Of a stretch of 32,138 nt of DNA, positions 7,993 to 16,419 are shown piece after piece (within the stretch, counting starts at the first letter, position 1; each line of letters opens with the position of its first letter). Made by a program: the position numbers and the translations under genes. The stretch is from Candidatus Methylomirabilota bacterium. Its GTDB lineage: Bacteria > Methylomirabilota > Methylomirabilia > Methylomirabilales > 2-02-FULL-66-22. The stretch is taken from contig JACQVO010000116.1 in NCBI GenBank assembly GCA_016209725.1, positions 1 to 32,138 of the forward strand, given 5' to 3'. The notes beneath the pieces are model-generated. The model worked only from the letters and a program-made list of their open reading frames with translations, had not been told where the DNA came from and ran no database searches.

Positions 7993-9207
7993 ATGGTGGG
8001 AAACATCAAGAAGATCGTGCTGGCGTACTCGGGCGGGCTGGACACGTCGGTCATCCTGCGGTGGCTGATCGAGACCTACCGGTGCGAGGTGGTGGCCTTC
8101 GTGGCCGACATCGGCCAGGGGGAAGAGGTCGGGCCGGTCCGGGAAAAGGCCCTGCGGACCGGGGCCAGCCAGTGCTACGTGGAGGACTTGCAGGACGAGT
8201 TCGTGCGGGACTTCGTCTTCCCCTGTCTCAAGGCGAACGCCCTGTACGAAGGGCGGTACCTCCTGGGGACCTCCATGGCCAGGCCCCTCATCGCCAAGGG
8301 GCAGATGGCCGTGGCGAAGAAAGAGCGCGCGGACGCCGTTTCCCACGGGGCCACCGGCAAGGGGAACGATCAAGTCCGATTCGAGTTGACCTATTACACC
8401 TTCGATCCCCATATCCAGATCATCGCCCCGTGGCGCGAGTGGAACTTCCGCTCGCGGACGGATCTGGTGGAGTACGCGAAGAAGCACGGGATCCCCACGC
8501 CGGTCACGGCGGAGCGTCCCTACAGCAGCGACCGGAATCTGTTCCACATCAGCTTCGAGGGGGGCATCCTGGAAGACCCCTGGGCCGAGCCCCCGGAGAA
8601 GATGTACGTCCTGTCGGTCTCGCCCGAACTGGCTCCCAACCGGGCGACCTGCGTGGAGATCGGTTTCGAGCGGGGGATCCCCGCGGCCGTGGATGGGGAG
8701 CGGATGGGCCCCGCCGCGCTACTGGCTCACCTCAACCGGCTGGGGGGCGAGAACGGGATCGGCCGGGTGGACATGGTAGAGAACCGCTATGTGGGGATGA
8801 AATCCCGCGGGGTGTACGAGACCCCGGGCGGCACCATCCTGCAGGCGGCGCACCGGGCGGTGGAGTCCATCACCATGGACCGCGAGGTGATGCATCTCAG
8901 GGATTCGCTCACCCCGCGCTTCGCGGAGCTGGTCTATTACGGGTACTGGTATTCGCCGGAGATGGAGCTGCTCCGGACGACCATCGACGAGTCCCAGAAG
9001 ATGGTGACGGGCACCGCCCGTCTCAAACTGTACAAGGGCAACTGCGACGTGGTGGGGCGCAAGTCCCCGGTGTCCCTCTACGACCCCGAGTTCGCGACCT
9101 TCGAGGCGGAGCAGGTGTACCAGCAATCGGACGCCACCGGGTTCATCCGGCTGAACGCCCTCCGCCTGCGAATCCGGGCCCTGACCCAGACGCGGCAGCA
9201 GGGTTGA
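7993..9207 (+). CDS. argG: Argininosuccinate synthase
   Basis: [15 protein letters not shown]-type ATP pyrophosphatase motif, with full-length similarity to ArgG. The track ORF starts at GTG 7978. ATG 7993 gives the usual N-terminal length, so the start is uncertain by 5 codons. Confidence 0.93.
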   Translation: MVGNIKKIVLAYSGGLDTSVILRWLIETYRCEVVAFVADIGQGEEVGPVREKALRTGASQCYVEDLQDEFVRDFVFPCLKANALYEGRYLLGTSMARPLIAKGQMAVAKKERADAVSHGATGKGNDQVRFELTYYTFDPHIQIIAPWREWNFRSRTDLVEYAKKHGIPTPVTAERPYSSDRNLFHISFEGGILEDPWAEPPEKMYVLSVSPELAPNRATCVEIGFERGIPAAVDGERMGPAALLAHLNRLGGENGIGRVDMVENRYVGMKSRGVYETPGGTILQAAHRAVESITMDREVMHLRDSLTPRFAELVYYGYWYSPEMELLRTTIDESQKMVTGTARLKLYKGNCDVVGRKSPVSLYDPEFATFEAEQVYQQSDATGFIRLNALRLRIRALTQTRQQG

Positions 9208-9230
9208 GGCAGGCGGGAGGCCCTCGCCAT

Positions 9231-10394
9231 ATGGTCGAGATCATCGAGAAGTTCATTCCCCTCCGCCTCCCCGCCGAGGAGCGGGTCTCGATGCTCCTCG
9301 CCCAGATCCCCAGCCGGCTTCGCTATCGGAACTATTTCTACCAGCTCGTGGATCCCCGGGGCCAGTGGGCTCTGGTGGAGCAGATCCTGCGGATGGTGGC
9401 TCGGGGAGAGGAGGGACTGAACGGGGCGACGTTTGTCGTCTTCCCCGAGGTCTCGGTCCCCTTCCAGTACAAGGACGACCTGGTGGAAATCATCCAGAAG
9501 GATTTCCCCCTCAACACGGTGACCATCGCCGGGTTCGAGCACATCACCCTGCGGCAGTTCTGGCAGCTCCTGGCCGAGTATGACGCCCACAACGTGGAGG
9601 CCCACCGGTTGATCTTGGACCGGATGAACCGGGCCGAGGCGGAGCGCCCGGTGAACTGGTGCCTGGTGGCGGTCAAGGATGATCACGGGGACCTCCGCTG
9701 CTTCGTGGAGGCGAAAACCCATCCCTTCTTCGGGGAGGAGTTCCTCGACCAGCCCCGCGACCTGTACCGGGGGCAGTACCTGTACCTGTTCCGCTCCCAG
9801 CCTGCCCCGCTGAGCTTCGTCGTGCTGATCTGCCTGGACTACATCTACCGGGACCGGCATGGCTCCAATATCCTCACCATCATCCGGAAGGCCAACGAGA
9901 TGTACTACCGGGAGCGGCAGCCCCTGGATCTGCTTTTCGTGATCCAGTGCAACCCCAAGCCGGAACACCAAGTCTTCCAGGATACCGCGGTGGGCTTCTA
10001 CGGGGAGCATTTGATCTTCACCCCCGGGGTGAAGCATGCCACCACGATCCTTCTGAACACCTCCTCGGAGACGCGGGTCGAAGGGGTGGCGGAGGACAGC
10101 GGCGGCTTCGGCCACAGCGCCGTCCTGGCCCACAAGAGCCGGCGGCTGCCCGCCACGGCGGTGGCGGAATATTCCACGGACCAGCCCGGCGGAGGCCCGG
10201 TGGCGCGCCTCCGCTTCGGTGCCGAGACGCGCCTGTATCACCTGGATGTCTCCCTGCTCCACGAGCGGGATCCCCGCACCTCGCGGAGCCCCGTCAAGAT
10301 CCTGAGCGTCCACGGTATGCGGGCGGGGCAGTGGCGCAAGCTGGAAGGGGAGGAGATCATCTCGGGGGTGAGTTCGCGGGAGGAGCTGGATTGA
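9231..10394 (+). CDS. Uncharacterised protein with a nitrilase-superfamily (carbon-nitrogen hydrolase) Glu-Lys-Cys pattern
   Basis: ATG 9231 (GGGAGG at 9215-9220) within track ORF 8061..10394; 387 aa with balanced composition. Three blocks occur in the order and spacing of the CN-hydrolase triad: ATFVVFPEVSVP (E73, codon 9447-9449), CFVEAKTHPFFGEE (K162, 9714-9716) and FVVLICLDYIY (C201, 9831-9833). The gene is tightly packed between argG (stop 9207) and argH (start 10411). Confidence 0.6.
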   Translation: MVEIIEKFIPLRLPAEERVSMLLAQIPSRLRYRNYFYQLVDPRGQWALVEQILRMVARGEEGLNGATFVVFPEVSVPFQYKDDLVEIIQKDFPLNTVTIAGFEHITLRQFWQLLAEYDAHNVEAHRLILDRMNRAEAERPVNWCLVAVKDDHGDLRCFVEAKTHPFFGEEFLDQPRDLYRGQYLYLFRSQPAPLSFVVLICLDYIYRDRHGSNILTIIRKANEMYYRERQPLDLLFVIQCNPKPEHQVFQDTAVGFYGEHLIFTPGVKHATTILLNTSSETRVEGVAEDSGGFGHSAVLAHKSRRLPATAVAEYSTDQPGGGPVARLRFGAETRLYHLDVSLLHERDPRTSRSPVKILSVHGMRAGQWRKLEGEEIISGVSSREELD

Positions 10395-10410
10395 CGGCGG
10401 GAGCGGCGGC

Positions 10411-11796
10411 ATGAAGCGCAAGAAGCCCTGGGGCGGCCGGTTCGGGGCCGAAACGCACGGGCAGGTCGAGGCCTTCACGGCCTCGATTCATTTCGATCTG
10501 CGGCTGGCCCCCCATGACATCACCGGCAGCATCGCCCACGCCCGCATGCTGGGCAAGTGCGGCATCCTCTCCAGGGCGGAGGTGGAGGCGATCGTGACCG
10601 GCCTGGGGGAGATCCGCGAGGAGATCGCGCGCGGGGAGTTCCGCACCGATCCGGCCCTGGAAGACATCCACATGCATATCGAGCGGCGCCTGACGGAGAA
10701 GATCGGGCAGGCCGGCGGCAAGCTCCACACCGGGCGGAGCCGGAACGACCAGGTGGCGCTGGATCTGCGGCTGTATTTGCGGGAGGCGATCGGGCAGATC
10801 CGCGACCGGATCCGCACTCTGCAGGCGGCCCTGGTGGCCAAAGCGGAGGTGCACCTGGGGACGGTCATGCCGGGGTATACCCACCTGCAGCGGGCCCAGC
10901 CGATCCTCCTGGCGCACCACCTGCTGGCCTACTTCGAGATGTTCCAGCGCGATCGCGAGCGGCTGGCGGACTGCCTGGCCCGGGTGAACGTGTTGCCGCT
11001 GGGCGCGGGGGCCCTGGCGGGAACGACGCTCCCCATCGACCGGGCCTACGCGGCCCGACTCCTGAACTTCCCCAAGATCGCCGCCAACAGCGAGGACGCG
11101 GTGGCCGACCGGGACTTCGCCGTGGAATTCCTGGCGTGCGGCGCCATCCTGGCCATGCACATCTCCCGGCTAGCGGAGGAGCTGGTCTTGTGGGCGACGG
11201 CCGAGTTCGGCTTCATCGAGCTGCCCGACGCCTTCGCCACCGGGTCCAGCATGATGCCGCAGAAGAAGAACCCCGACGTGGCGGAGCTGGCCCGGGGGAA
11301 GGCGGGACGGGTCTACGGCGCCCTGCTGGCCCTGCTCACGGTCCTCAAGGGCCTCCCGCTGAGTTACAACCGCGACCTCCAGGAGGACAAGGAGCCGGTG
11401 TTCGAGGCGGTGGACACGATCCAACAGACGCTGGATGTGCTCTCCCCCATGCTGGGGGCGATCAAGTTCCATACCGAGCGGATGCGATCCGCCGCGGCCG
11501 ACGGGTTCCTGAATGCCACGGATCTCGCCGAGTATCTGGTCACCAAGGGTGTCCCGTTCCGCGAGGCCCACGAGACGGTCGGTCGCATCGTGCGGGAATG
11601 TCTCGAATCCCGGCAGCGGCTGGAGGATGTCCCCCTGCCGCGGCTGCGTCACTTCTCGCGGGCCTTCGAGGCGGATGTCTTGAAATACATCAGGCTGGAG
11701 GCCTGCGTGGAGCGGCGGCGATCGGCGGGCGGCACCAACTCGCGGCTGGTGGGGGAGGCCATCCGCCGGGCCAAGCGCGCCCTCCGCCTCCCATGA
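10411..11796 (+). CDS. argH: Argininosuccinate lyase
   Basis: GRSRNDQV and the GSSMMPQKKNPD fumarate-lyase signature; 461 aa. Confidence 0.95.
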   Translation: MKRKKPWGGRFGAETHGQVEAFTASIHFDLRLAPHDITGSIAHARMLGKCGILSRAEVEAIVTGLGEIREEIARGEFRTDPALEDIHMHIERRLTEKIGQAGGKLHTGRSRNDQVALDLRLYLREAIGQIRDRIRTLQAALVAKAEVHLGTVMPGYTHLQRAQPILLAHHLLAYFEMFQRDRERLADCLARVNVLPLGAGALAGTTLPIDRAYAARLLNFPKIAANSEDAVADRDFAVEFLACGAILAMHISRLAEELVLWATAEFGFIELPDAFATGSSMMPQKKNPDVAELARGKAGRVYGALLALLTVLKGLPLSYNRDLQEDKEPVFEAVDTIQQTLDVLSPMLGAIKFHTERMRSAAADGFLNATDLAEYLVTKGVPFREAHETVGRIVRECLESRQRLEDVPLPRLRHFSRAFEADVLKYIRLEACVERRRSAGGTNSRLVGEAIRRAKRALRLP

Positions 11797-12887
11797 GCCG
11801 TCCCGTCCCCCCGTCCCGCCCGGCCCGTGCCCTCTTCCTCCTCCTGCCGCTTCTGCCGGTCGTGCTCCTGAGCTGCGGCCGGAAGGGCTCGCCCGTCGCG
11901 CCGCGCCCCCTGGCCCCGGCCGCGGTCGGCGCGCTCCGCGCTGAACCACGGGACAACGCCATCGTGGTGACCTGGAGCCGGCCCGGCCGAAACGTGGATG
12001 AATCGCCCCTCGTGGACCTCCTCGAGTTTCGGCTCTCCCGCGCCGTGGGGTCGGCCCTGCCCCAAGGGGCGCCGGAGCGGCCGGCCTTCTCGCTGCTGGC
12101 CACGGTCCGCGCAGAGCAACCCGACAACGCCGCCGTCCAGGGCAGCCAGTACGCCTTTCGGGATGACGGGGGCGCTCAAGGGCTGGCCCCGGGCCTTCGA
12201 TACGCCTATCGCGTGCGGGCGGTGAATCGTCGCGGGGCGGTGGGTCCGCCGTCGGTCGAGGTCTCCGTGGACTACGCCCTGGCGCCGCCGCCCCCGACCG
12301 GCCTGGTGGCCATGGCGGGGGACGGGGTGGTGAACCTGAGCTGGCAGGCGCCCGCGTCGCCTGATCGAGCCGGGGTCCCGCCCGTCCGGGGCTACAACGT
12401 GTACCGTGGTTCCCGACCCGGGCTCTACGCGCCCCAGCCGATCAATGCCGGGCCGGTTTTGGAGACGCGGTTCCGGGATGCCGCCGTGGAGAACGACCTG
12501 ACCTATTCCTATGTGGTGCGGAGCGTGGGAGCCGAGCCGCCTCCCTGGCGTGAGAGCCGCGACTCCACCGAGGCGTTGGCCACTCCTCTGGACCTGACCC
12601 CGCCGGCACCTCCCCGGAGGTTGGTGGCGGTTCCCGAGCCGGAGGTGGTGGCCTTGAGCTGGGACGCGAACACCGAGCCCGACCTCCTGGGTTATCTGGT
12701 CTACCGGCGGGAGCCGCCCGCCTTGACCCCCATCCGCCTCACCGAGACCCCGGTGCAGCCCACGACCTTCACCGACCGCGCGGCGCGGCCGGGCGCGACC
12801 TACATCTACACCGTCACGGCCGTGGACCGCTCCGGCCGCAGGAACGAGAGCGCCCCCTCTTCGGAGGTCACGGTCACCCTTCCCTAG
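11793..12887 (+). CDS. Lipoprotein with LptM-like N-terminal motif and three fibronectin-type-III-like modules
   Basis: The ATG overlaps the argH stop (ATGA). Signal peptide ALFLLLPLLPVVLLS-C (lipobox) is followed by CGRKGSPVAP. Three modules each have the ...L.W....(Y.VYR/F.LSR)...Y.Y.V.AV... pattern typical of FN3. Product 364 aa. Confidence 0.75.
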   Translation: MSRPVPPSRPARALFLLLPLLPVVLLSCGRKGSPVAPRPLAPAAVGALRAEPRDNAIVVTWSRPGRNVDESPLVDLLEFRLSRAVGSALPQGAPERPAFSLLATVRAEQPDNAAVQGSQYAFRDDGGAQGLAPGLRYAYRVRAVNRRGAVGPPSVEVSVDYALAPPPPTGLVAMAGDGVVNLSWQAPASPDRAGVPPVRGYNVYRGSRPGLYAPQPINAGPVLETRFRDAAVENDLTYSYVVRSVGAEPPPWRESRDSTEALATPLDLTPPAPPRRLVAVPEPEVVALSWDANTEPDLLGYLVYRREPPALTPIRLTETPVQPTTFTDRAARPGATYIYTVTAVDRSGRRNESAPSSEVTVTLP

Positions 12888-13150
12888 CCGGGCGCTGGGG
12901 CGGACGGCTTGGACCGGTCTTCCATGAGCAGTGATCCCCTGGGAAGGGGCGTTGGGGCGCGCACAGCGCACGAGGATCTTCTCTGCTTCAGGAAGGCTTG
13001 CGAGGAGTGGTTTGAGTCCTGTATTGTATGCCAAGATGGAGGGGGAGGGGGGTGCTGAGCCTGCCTAATGCTGGAGAGACCGTTCCGGACTTGGGGAGGA
13101 ATGTCTTCAGACGGAGGACGGGAAGGGCCATCGAGGTTCAGGTCAAGGTG

Positions 13151-14041
13151 ATGGGACGAGAATGTGCGCTCGTCGGATTCCGCACGAGAAGGGCGATCCG
13201 AGGCCTGTCACGCCCCCGTGTCCGTCCCCTGGCCCTCACCGTCGCGATCGGTGTGCTCTGGGTCACTCTCGCGGGATGTGCCTCCATGGGGACGCCGGGC
13301 GCGACCGATCGGCAGGCCGTCATCGACCGGATTGTGGCGGGGAGCGCCAAGGTCATGGTCGAGTGGGGAGGGCGCCGGATCACCTCCGGCTCCGGCGTCG
13401 TCGTCGCCTCGAAGGCCGCAGGATCCGGGATCGAGGCGGTTTCCTACGTCTTGACCGCCGCCCACATCCTGGAGAGCAAGGACGGGGCCGTGGTCTTTGT
13501 CCGCTTCACGGGCGCGTACGCCATCCGGGGCAAGTTTGCCGCGACGGTGCCCCGCCGGGGATCCCCTGAGACGCTCGATCTTGCCCTCCTTCGGGTGTCA
13601 GGCGTCGCCGTGCCGCCGGTTTCATTGCCCACGGAGGATCGCGTGCATGTGGGAGAAGAGATCCTGGTCGTGGGATTTCCGTGGGGGAAGCGGCTGGGGC
13701 TCTTCAGCGGCATCGTGAGCCAGGTGCCCGGAGATGGTAGGGAGGATGTCCCGGCGGACGAGGGGACCGAGCAGTCGATCGTCGTCGATGCCTCATCCTC
13801 CAGAGGCGTCAGCGGAGGCGGGGTCTTCCGGGAGGCGACCGGCAGTCTCGTTGGCGTTGTCGAGGGCTACCAGACCGCCTCCATCGCTGTGAAGGATCGC
13901 GCCCAGACCTATTCCGTGAGGGTCCCGATGCCGGGCGAGACCTTCGTCGTTCCAATTGCGCGGATTCGTGGGTTTCTGGAAGAGGCAGGGCTTGGCGAGG
14001 CGTCGGGCATGACCGGAAAGATCGAAAATCCCGGCGACTGA
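13151..14041 (+). CDS. Trypsin-like (S1/DegP-type, no PDZ) serine protease, probable lipoprotein
   Basis: Internal ATG of track ORF 13028..14041. Lipobox TLAGC. Catalytic blocks are LTAAHIL (His), DLALLRV (Asp) and SSRGVSGGGVF (Ser). Confidence 0.8.
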   Translation: MGRECALVGFRTRRAIRGLSRPRVRPLALTVAIGVLWVTLAGCASMGTPGATDRQAVIDRIVAGSAKVMVEWGGRRITSGSGVVVASKAAGSGIEAVSYVLTAAHILESKDGAVVFVRFTGAYAIRGKFAATVPRRGSPETLDLALLRVSGVAVPPVSLPTEDRVHVGEEILVVGFPWGKRLGLFSGIVSQVPGDGREDVPADEGTEQSIVVDASSSRGVSGGGVFREATGSLVGVVEGYQTASIAVKDRAQTYSVRVPMPGETFVVPIARIRGFLEEAGLGEASGMTGKIENPGD

Positions 14042-14072
14042 CGGAGCGGCCCGGAATGTCGGGCCGCTCCGT
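14041..14072. terminator. GC-rich hairpin between convergent genes (putative bidirectional terminator)
   Basis: acggagcggcccg-gaatgt-cgggccgctccgt forms a perfect 13-bp stem with a 6-nt loop. It lies between the protease stop (14041) and the minus-strand stop (14087). There is no U-tract on either side. Confidence 0.5.
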
Positions 14073-14086
14073 CCAGCCGGTCCAGC

Positions 14087-14365
14087 CTACTGGCTCACCT
14101 CCAGCATCGTGGCCACGTTCTTCCCGTCCTTCTCCTCGTAGCCGGCCTTGACCTTGGCGCCTTCCTTTAGGTCCTCCAGCCTGCCTTCCTTACCCTCGAC
14201 CGTGATCTTCGTGGTCTCATCCCACACGAGCTTCGTGCCGTTCTCGAGGGCCAGCTCCTTGTTCATCGGGTCGATGGACTGGATCTTCCCCTCCATCTCT
14301 GCCGCTGCTGCAATGCCGGCAAACACGAAGGTGGCTACCAGGACCAACGCTGCGATCTTCTTCAT
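14087..14365 (-). CDS. Small secreted/periplasmic protein (DUF1344-like beta protein)
   Basis: Start MKKIAALVLVATFVFAGIAAAA (signal peptide) with GGAGGAG 5 nt upstream. GKIQSIDPMNKELALENGTKL...KVKAGYEEKDGKNVAT resembles, from memory, DUF1344-type small periplasmic proteins. Confidence 0.75.
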   Translation of the reverse strand: MKKIAALVLVATFVFAGIAAAAEMEGKIQSIDPMNKELALENGTKLVWDETTKITVEGKEGRLEDLKEGAKVKAGYEEKDGKNVATMLEVSQ

Positions 14366-14379
14366 GTGTGTCTCCTCCA

Positions 14380-14823
14380 TCATGTGATCCCCGCAGTGTG
14401 GGGATCGGGGGTTTCGCCGATCGGGAGCGCGTGCGCTCGGCTCCCGCTCACCGCGTCGCGCAGCGCGCGCACCAACGAGGCACCATGGATCGGCTTGGGG
14501 AACACGTCAGCCGCACCCGCCCGCAGGCCCTCCGACCAGAGCCTCTCGTCCGGGAAGGCCGACACCAGAAGGACCGGGATGGCGGGGAAGTGGGCCTTGA
14601 TCCGCTGCAGGAGGGCCACCCCGTCCAGACCCGGCATTCGCATGTCGATGACCACGACATCGGGCCGAATCTGCCCGCTGGCCATGGCCGCCCAGGCCGC
14701 TTCCCCGCTTTCGAAAGATAGCGGTACGAAGTCCTCGGCGGCCAGCAGCTCGCTTAATGCCCGACAGTTCTCGGCATCGTCATCGACCACCCCGACCTGA
14801 ACTTTCATCCTCCCGGCACCCAT
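14380..14823 (-). CDS. Single-domain response regulator (receiver only)
   Basis: VGVVDDDAENCRAL...VVVIDMRMPGLDG...VLLVSAF...KP receiver motifs, with no output domain. The start is ATG 14823 or ATG 14808. The stop lies 14 nt upstream of the next start. Confidence 0.85.
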   Translation of the reverse strand: MGAGRMKVQVGVVDDDAENCRALSELLAAEDFVPLSFESGEAAWAAMASGQIRPDVVVIDMRMPGLDGVALLQRIKAHFPAIPVLLVSAFPDERLWSEGLRAGAADVFPKPIHGASLVRALRDAVSGSRAHALPIGETPDPHTAGIT

Positions 14824-14854
14824 GTTGTTGGACCACGGCGCGTGAGGAACCTGA

Positions 14855-14870
14855 AGCATCTCTCGTGCCA
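14855..14870 (-). promoter_or_regulatory. Sigma-54 (-24/-12) promoter for the receiver / small periplasmic protein operon
   Basis: The minus strand reads TGGCACGAGAGATGCT, against consensus TGGCACG-N4-TTGCW. The -24 element is perfect and the GG-N10-GC spacing is correct. It lies ~30-45 nt upstream of the candidate start codons, next to a sigma-54-dependent activator gene. Confidence 0.7.
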
Positions 14871-14966
14871 GGTCCCCCGCCAGAGCCTGGGCTAGCGGCA
14901 CGCGCGCAGTGATCGTGGGTTAGCAATCTGCGGCGCTGCCCCGGAAAACGCGGGATGTCCCCCTCG

Positions 14967-15016
14967 TGTGGCGACATGCCACACGGACCACTGCGGATGT
15001 GTGGCGGGATGGCGAA
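14967..15016. promoter_or_regulatory. Putative enhancer (UAS): two TGTGGC-N5-GCCACA-type sites 33 bp apart
   Basis: tgtggcgacatgccaca (14967-14983) is a perfect palindrome. tgtggcgggatggcgaa (15000-15016) keeps one half-site. The centres are ~3 helical turns apart, ~105-140 bp upstream of the sigma-54 promoter. Confidence 0.5.
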
Positions 15017-15036
15017 GGGTGGAAGGGAGGGTCTGG

Positions 15037-16419
15037 TCAGGACTCAGAGGAGGAGTTGGGCGCACTGATCGCGTAGCGCTCGAGCATCCGGTATAAGGTC
15101 CTTCGATCCACGCCGAGGATCTCGGCCGCTCGCTTCTTATTCCAACCGGTGGCGGCCAGGACGCGCGCAAGATGCTGCCGGGTCAGGTCCTCGAGGGAGA
15201 TCAAGTCGAGGGGACCGGGCTTGCCCGCTTCGGTCGCGGCGACGGGCCCGGCGAGGTGCAGCGGTAAATCATCTGGGAGCAGAATCGGGTGGGTGCTGAC
15301 CGCAACGGCCCGCTCGATGGCGTTCTCCAGCTCCCGGACATTGCCCGGCCACGAGTAGGCCTCCAGGCGCGCCATGGTCTCGGATGCGATCCCCCCGATC
15401 GCCCTCCCATTGGCCTCGCCGAACTTCCGGAGGAAGTGGTGGGCCAGGACCGGAATGTCCTCCCGGCGTTCCCGGAGTGGCGGGAGGTGGATACGCTCCA
15501 CGTTGAGGCGGTAGAAGAGATCCTCGCGGAAGCGACCTTCACGGACCTCGGTTTGGAGGTCCTTATTGGTTGCGGCGATCAGCCGGACATCGATGCGGAC
15601 GGACTCGTTGCCGCCGACAGGCTTGATCTCCTGGAGCTCGAGGACACGGAGGAGCTTGGCCTGGGTGTTCGGGCCGATGTCGCCCAGCTCATCCAGGAAG
15701 ACGGTCCCGCTGTTTCCCGTCTCGAACAGTCCGCGCCGAGCCGCGACCGCGCCGGTGAAGGCGCCGCGCACGTGGCCGAACAGCTCACTTTCGAGAAGCG
15801 TCTCGGCCAGTCCGGCGCAGTCGATGGTTACGAAGGGTCCGGCGGCCCGCGGGCTGTTGGAGTGCACCGTGTGCGCCACGATCTCCTTGCCCGTTCCGCT
15901 CTCGCCGGTGATCAGCACGGTGCTCCGGGTTGGCGCCACTCGGGCGATCAGCTTGAACACGTCGAGCATGCGCGGGCTGACGCCGACGATGTTCTCGAGA
16001 TGGTACCGGTCTTGGAGCGCCTGCCGGAACCGCTGGTTTTCGCGAACGAGGCGTCGTTGCTCGACGGCTCGCCTGACGCTCAGCAGCAATTCGTCCAGGT
16101 GGAGCGGCTTGCTGACATAGTCGTAGGCGCCGTCTCTGATGGCCTCCAGCGCCGCCTCGACGGTGCCGAAGGCGGTCATCAGGATCACGCTCACATCGGG
16201 ATTCGCCTCGCGGAGTCCGCGAAGGAGTGCCAGGCCGTCCAGGTCGGGCATTCGGATGTCCGAGACTACGATGTCGAACACCCGCTCCCTGGCAAGGGCC
16301 AGCGCTGCGCGTCCCCCCTCCGCCGTGGCCACCTCGTAGCCCTCGGTCTGGAGCGCCTCGGCAACGACCGTGCAGGACTCCGCGTCGTCATCGACGACCA
16401 GAAGGCGCGGCGGGATCAT
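15037..16419 (-). CDS. Sigma-54-dependent response regulator (NtrC/ZraR family)
   Basis: Receiver domain (VVSDIRMPDLDG), AAA+ domain with Walker A GESGTGKE and the sigma-54 contact loop GAFTGA, and a C-terminal Fis-type HTH (AAEILGVDRRTLYRMLERY). Confidence 0.95.
   Translation of the reverse strand: MIPPRLLVVDDDAESCTVVAEALQTEGYEVATAEGGRAALALARERVFDIVVSDIRMPDLDGLALLRGLREANPDVSVILMTAFGTVEAALEAIRDGAYDYVSKPLHLDELLLSVRRAVEQRRLVRENQRFRQALQDRYHLENIVGVSPRMLDVFKLIARVAPTRSTVLITGESGTGKEIVAHTVHSNSPRAAGPFVTIDCAGLAETLLESELFGHVRGAFTGAVAARRGLFETGNSGTVFLDELGDIGPNTQAKLLRVLELQEIKPVGGNESVRIDVRLIAATNKDLQTEVREGRFREDLFYRLNVERIHLPPLRERREDIPVLAHHFLRKFGEANGRAIGGIASETMARLEAYSWPGNVRELENAIERAVAVSTHPILLPDDLPLHLAGPVAATEAGKPGPLDLISLEDLTRQHLARVLAATGWNKKRAAEILGVDRRTLYRMLERYAISAPNSSSES

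Noticed and set aside
8061-9230. N-terminal 390 codons of the 777-aa track ORF 8061..10394
   Set aside because: This part overlaps argG out of frame and is extremely R/G/P-rich, the typical high-GC shadow frame. Only the part from ATG 9231 has protein-like composition.
10557-11792. Upstream part of the 776-aa track ORF 10557..12887
   Set aside because: It is out of frame within argH. The real gene starts at ATG 11793 with a lipoprotein signal peptide.
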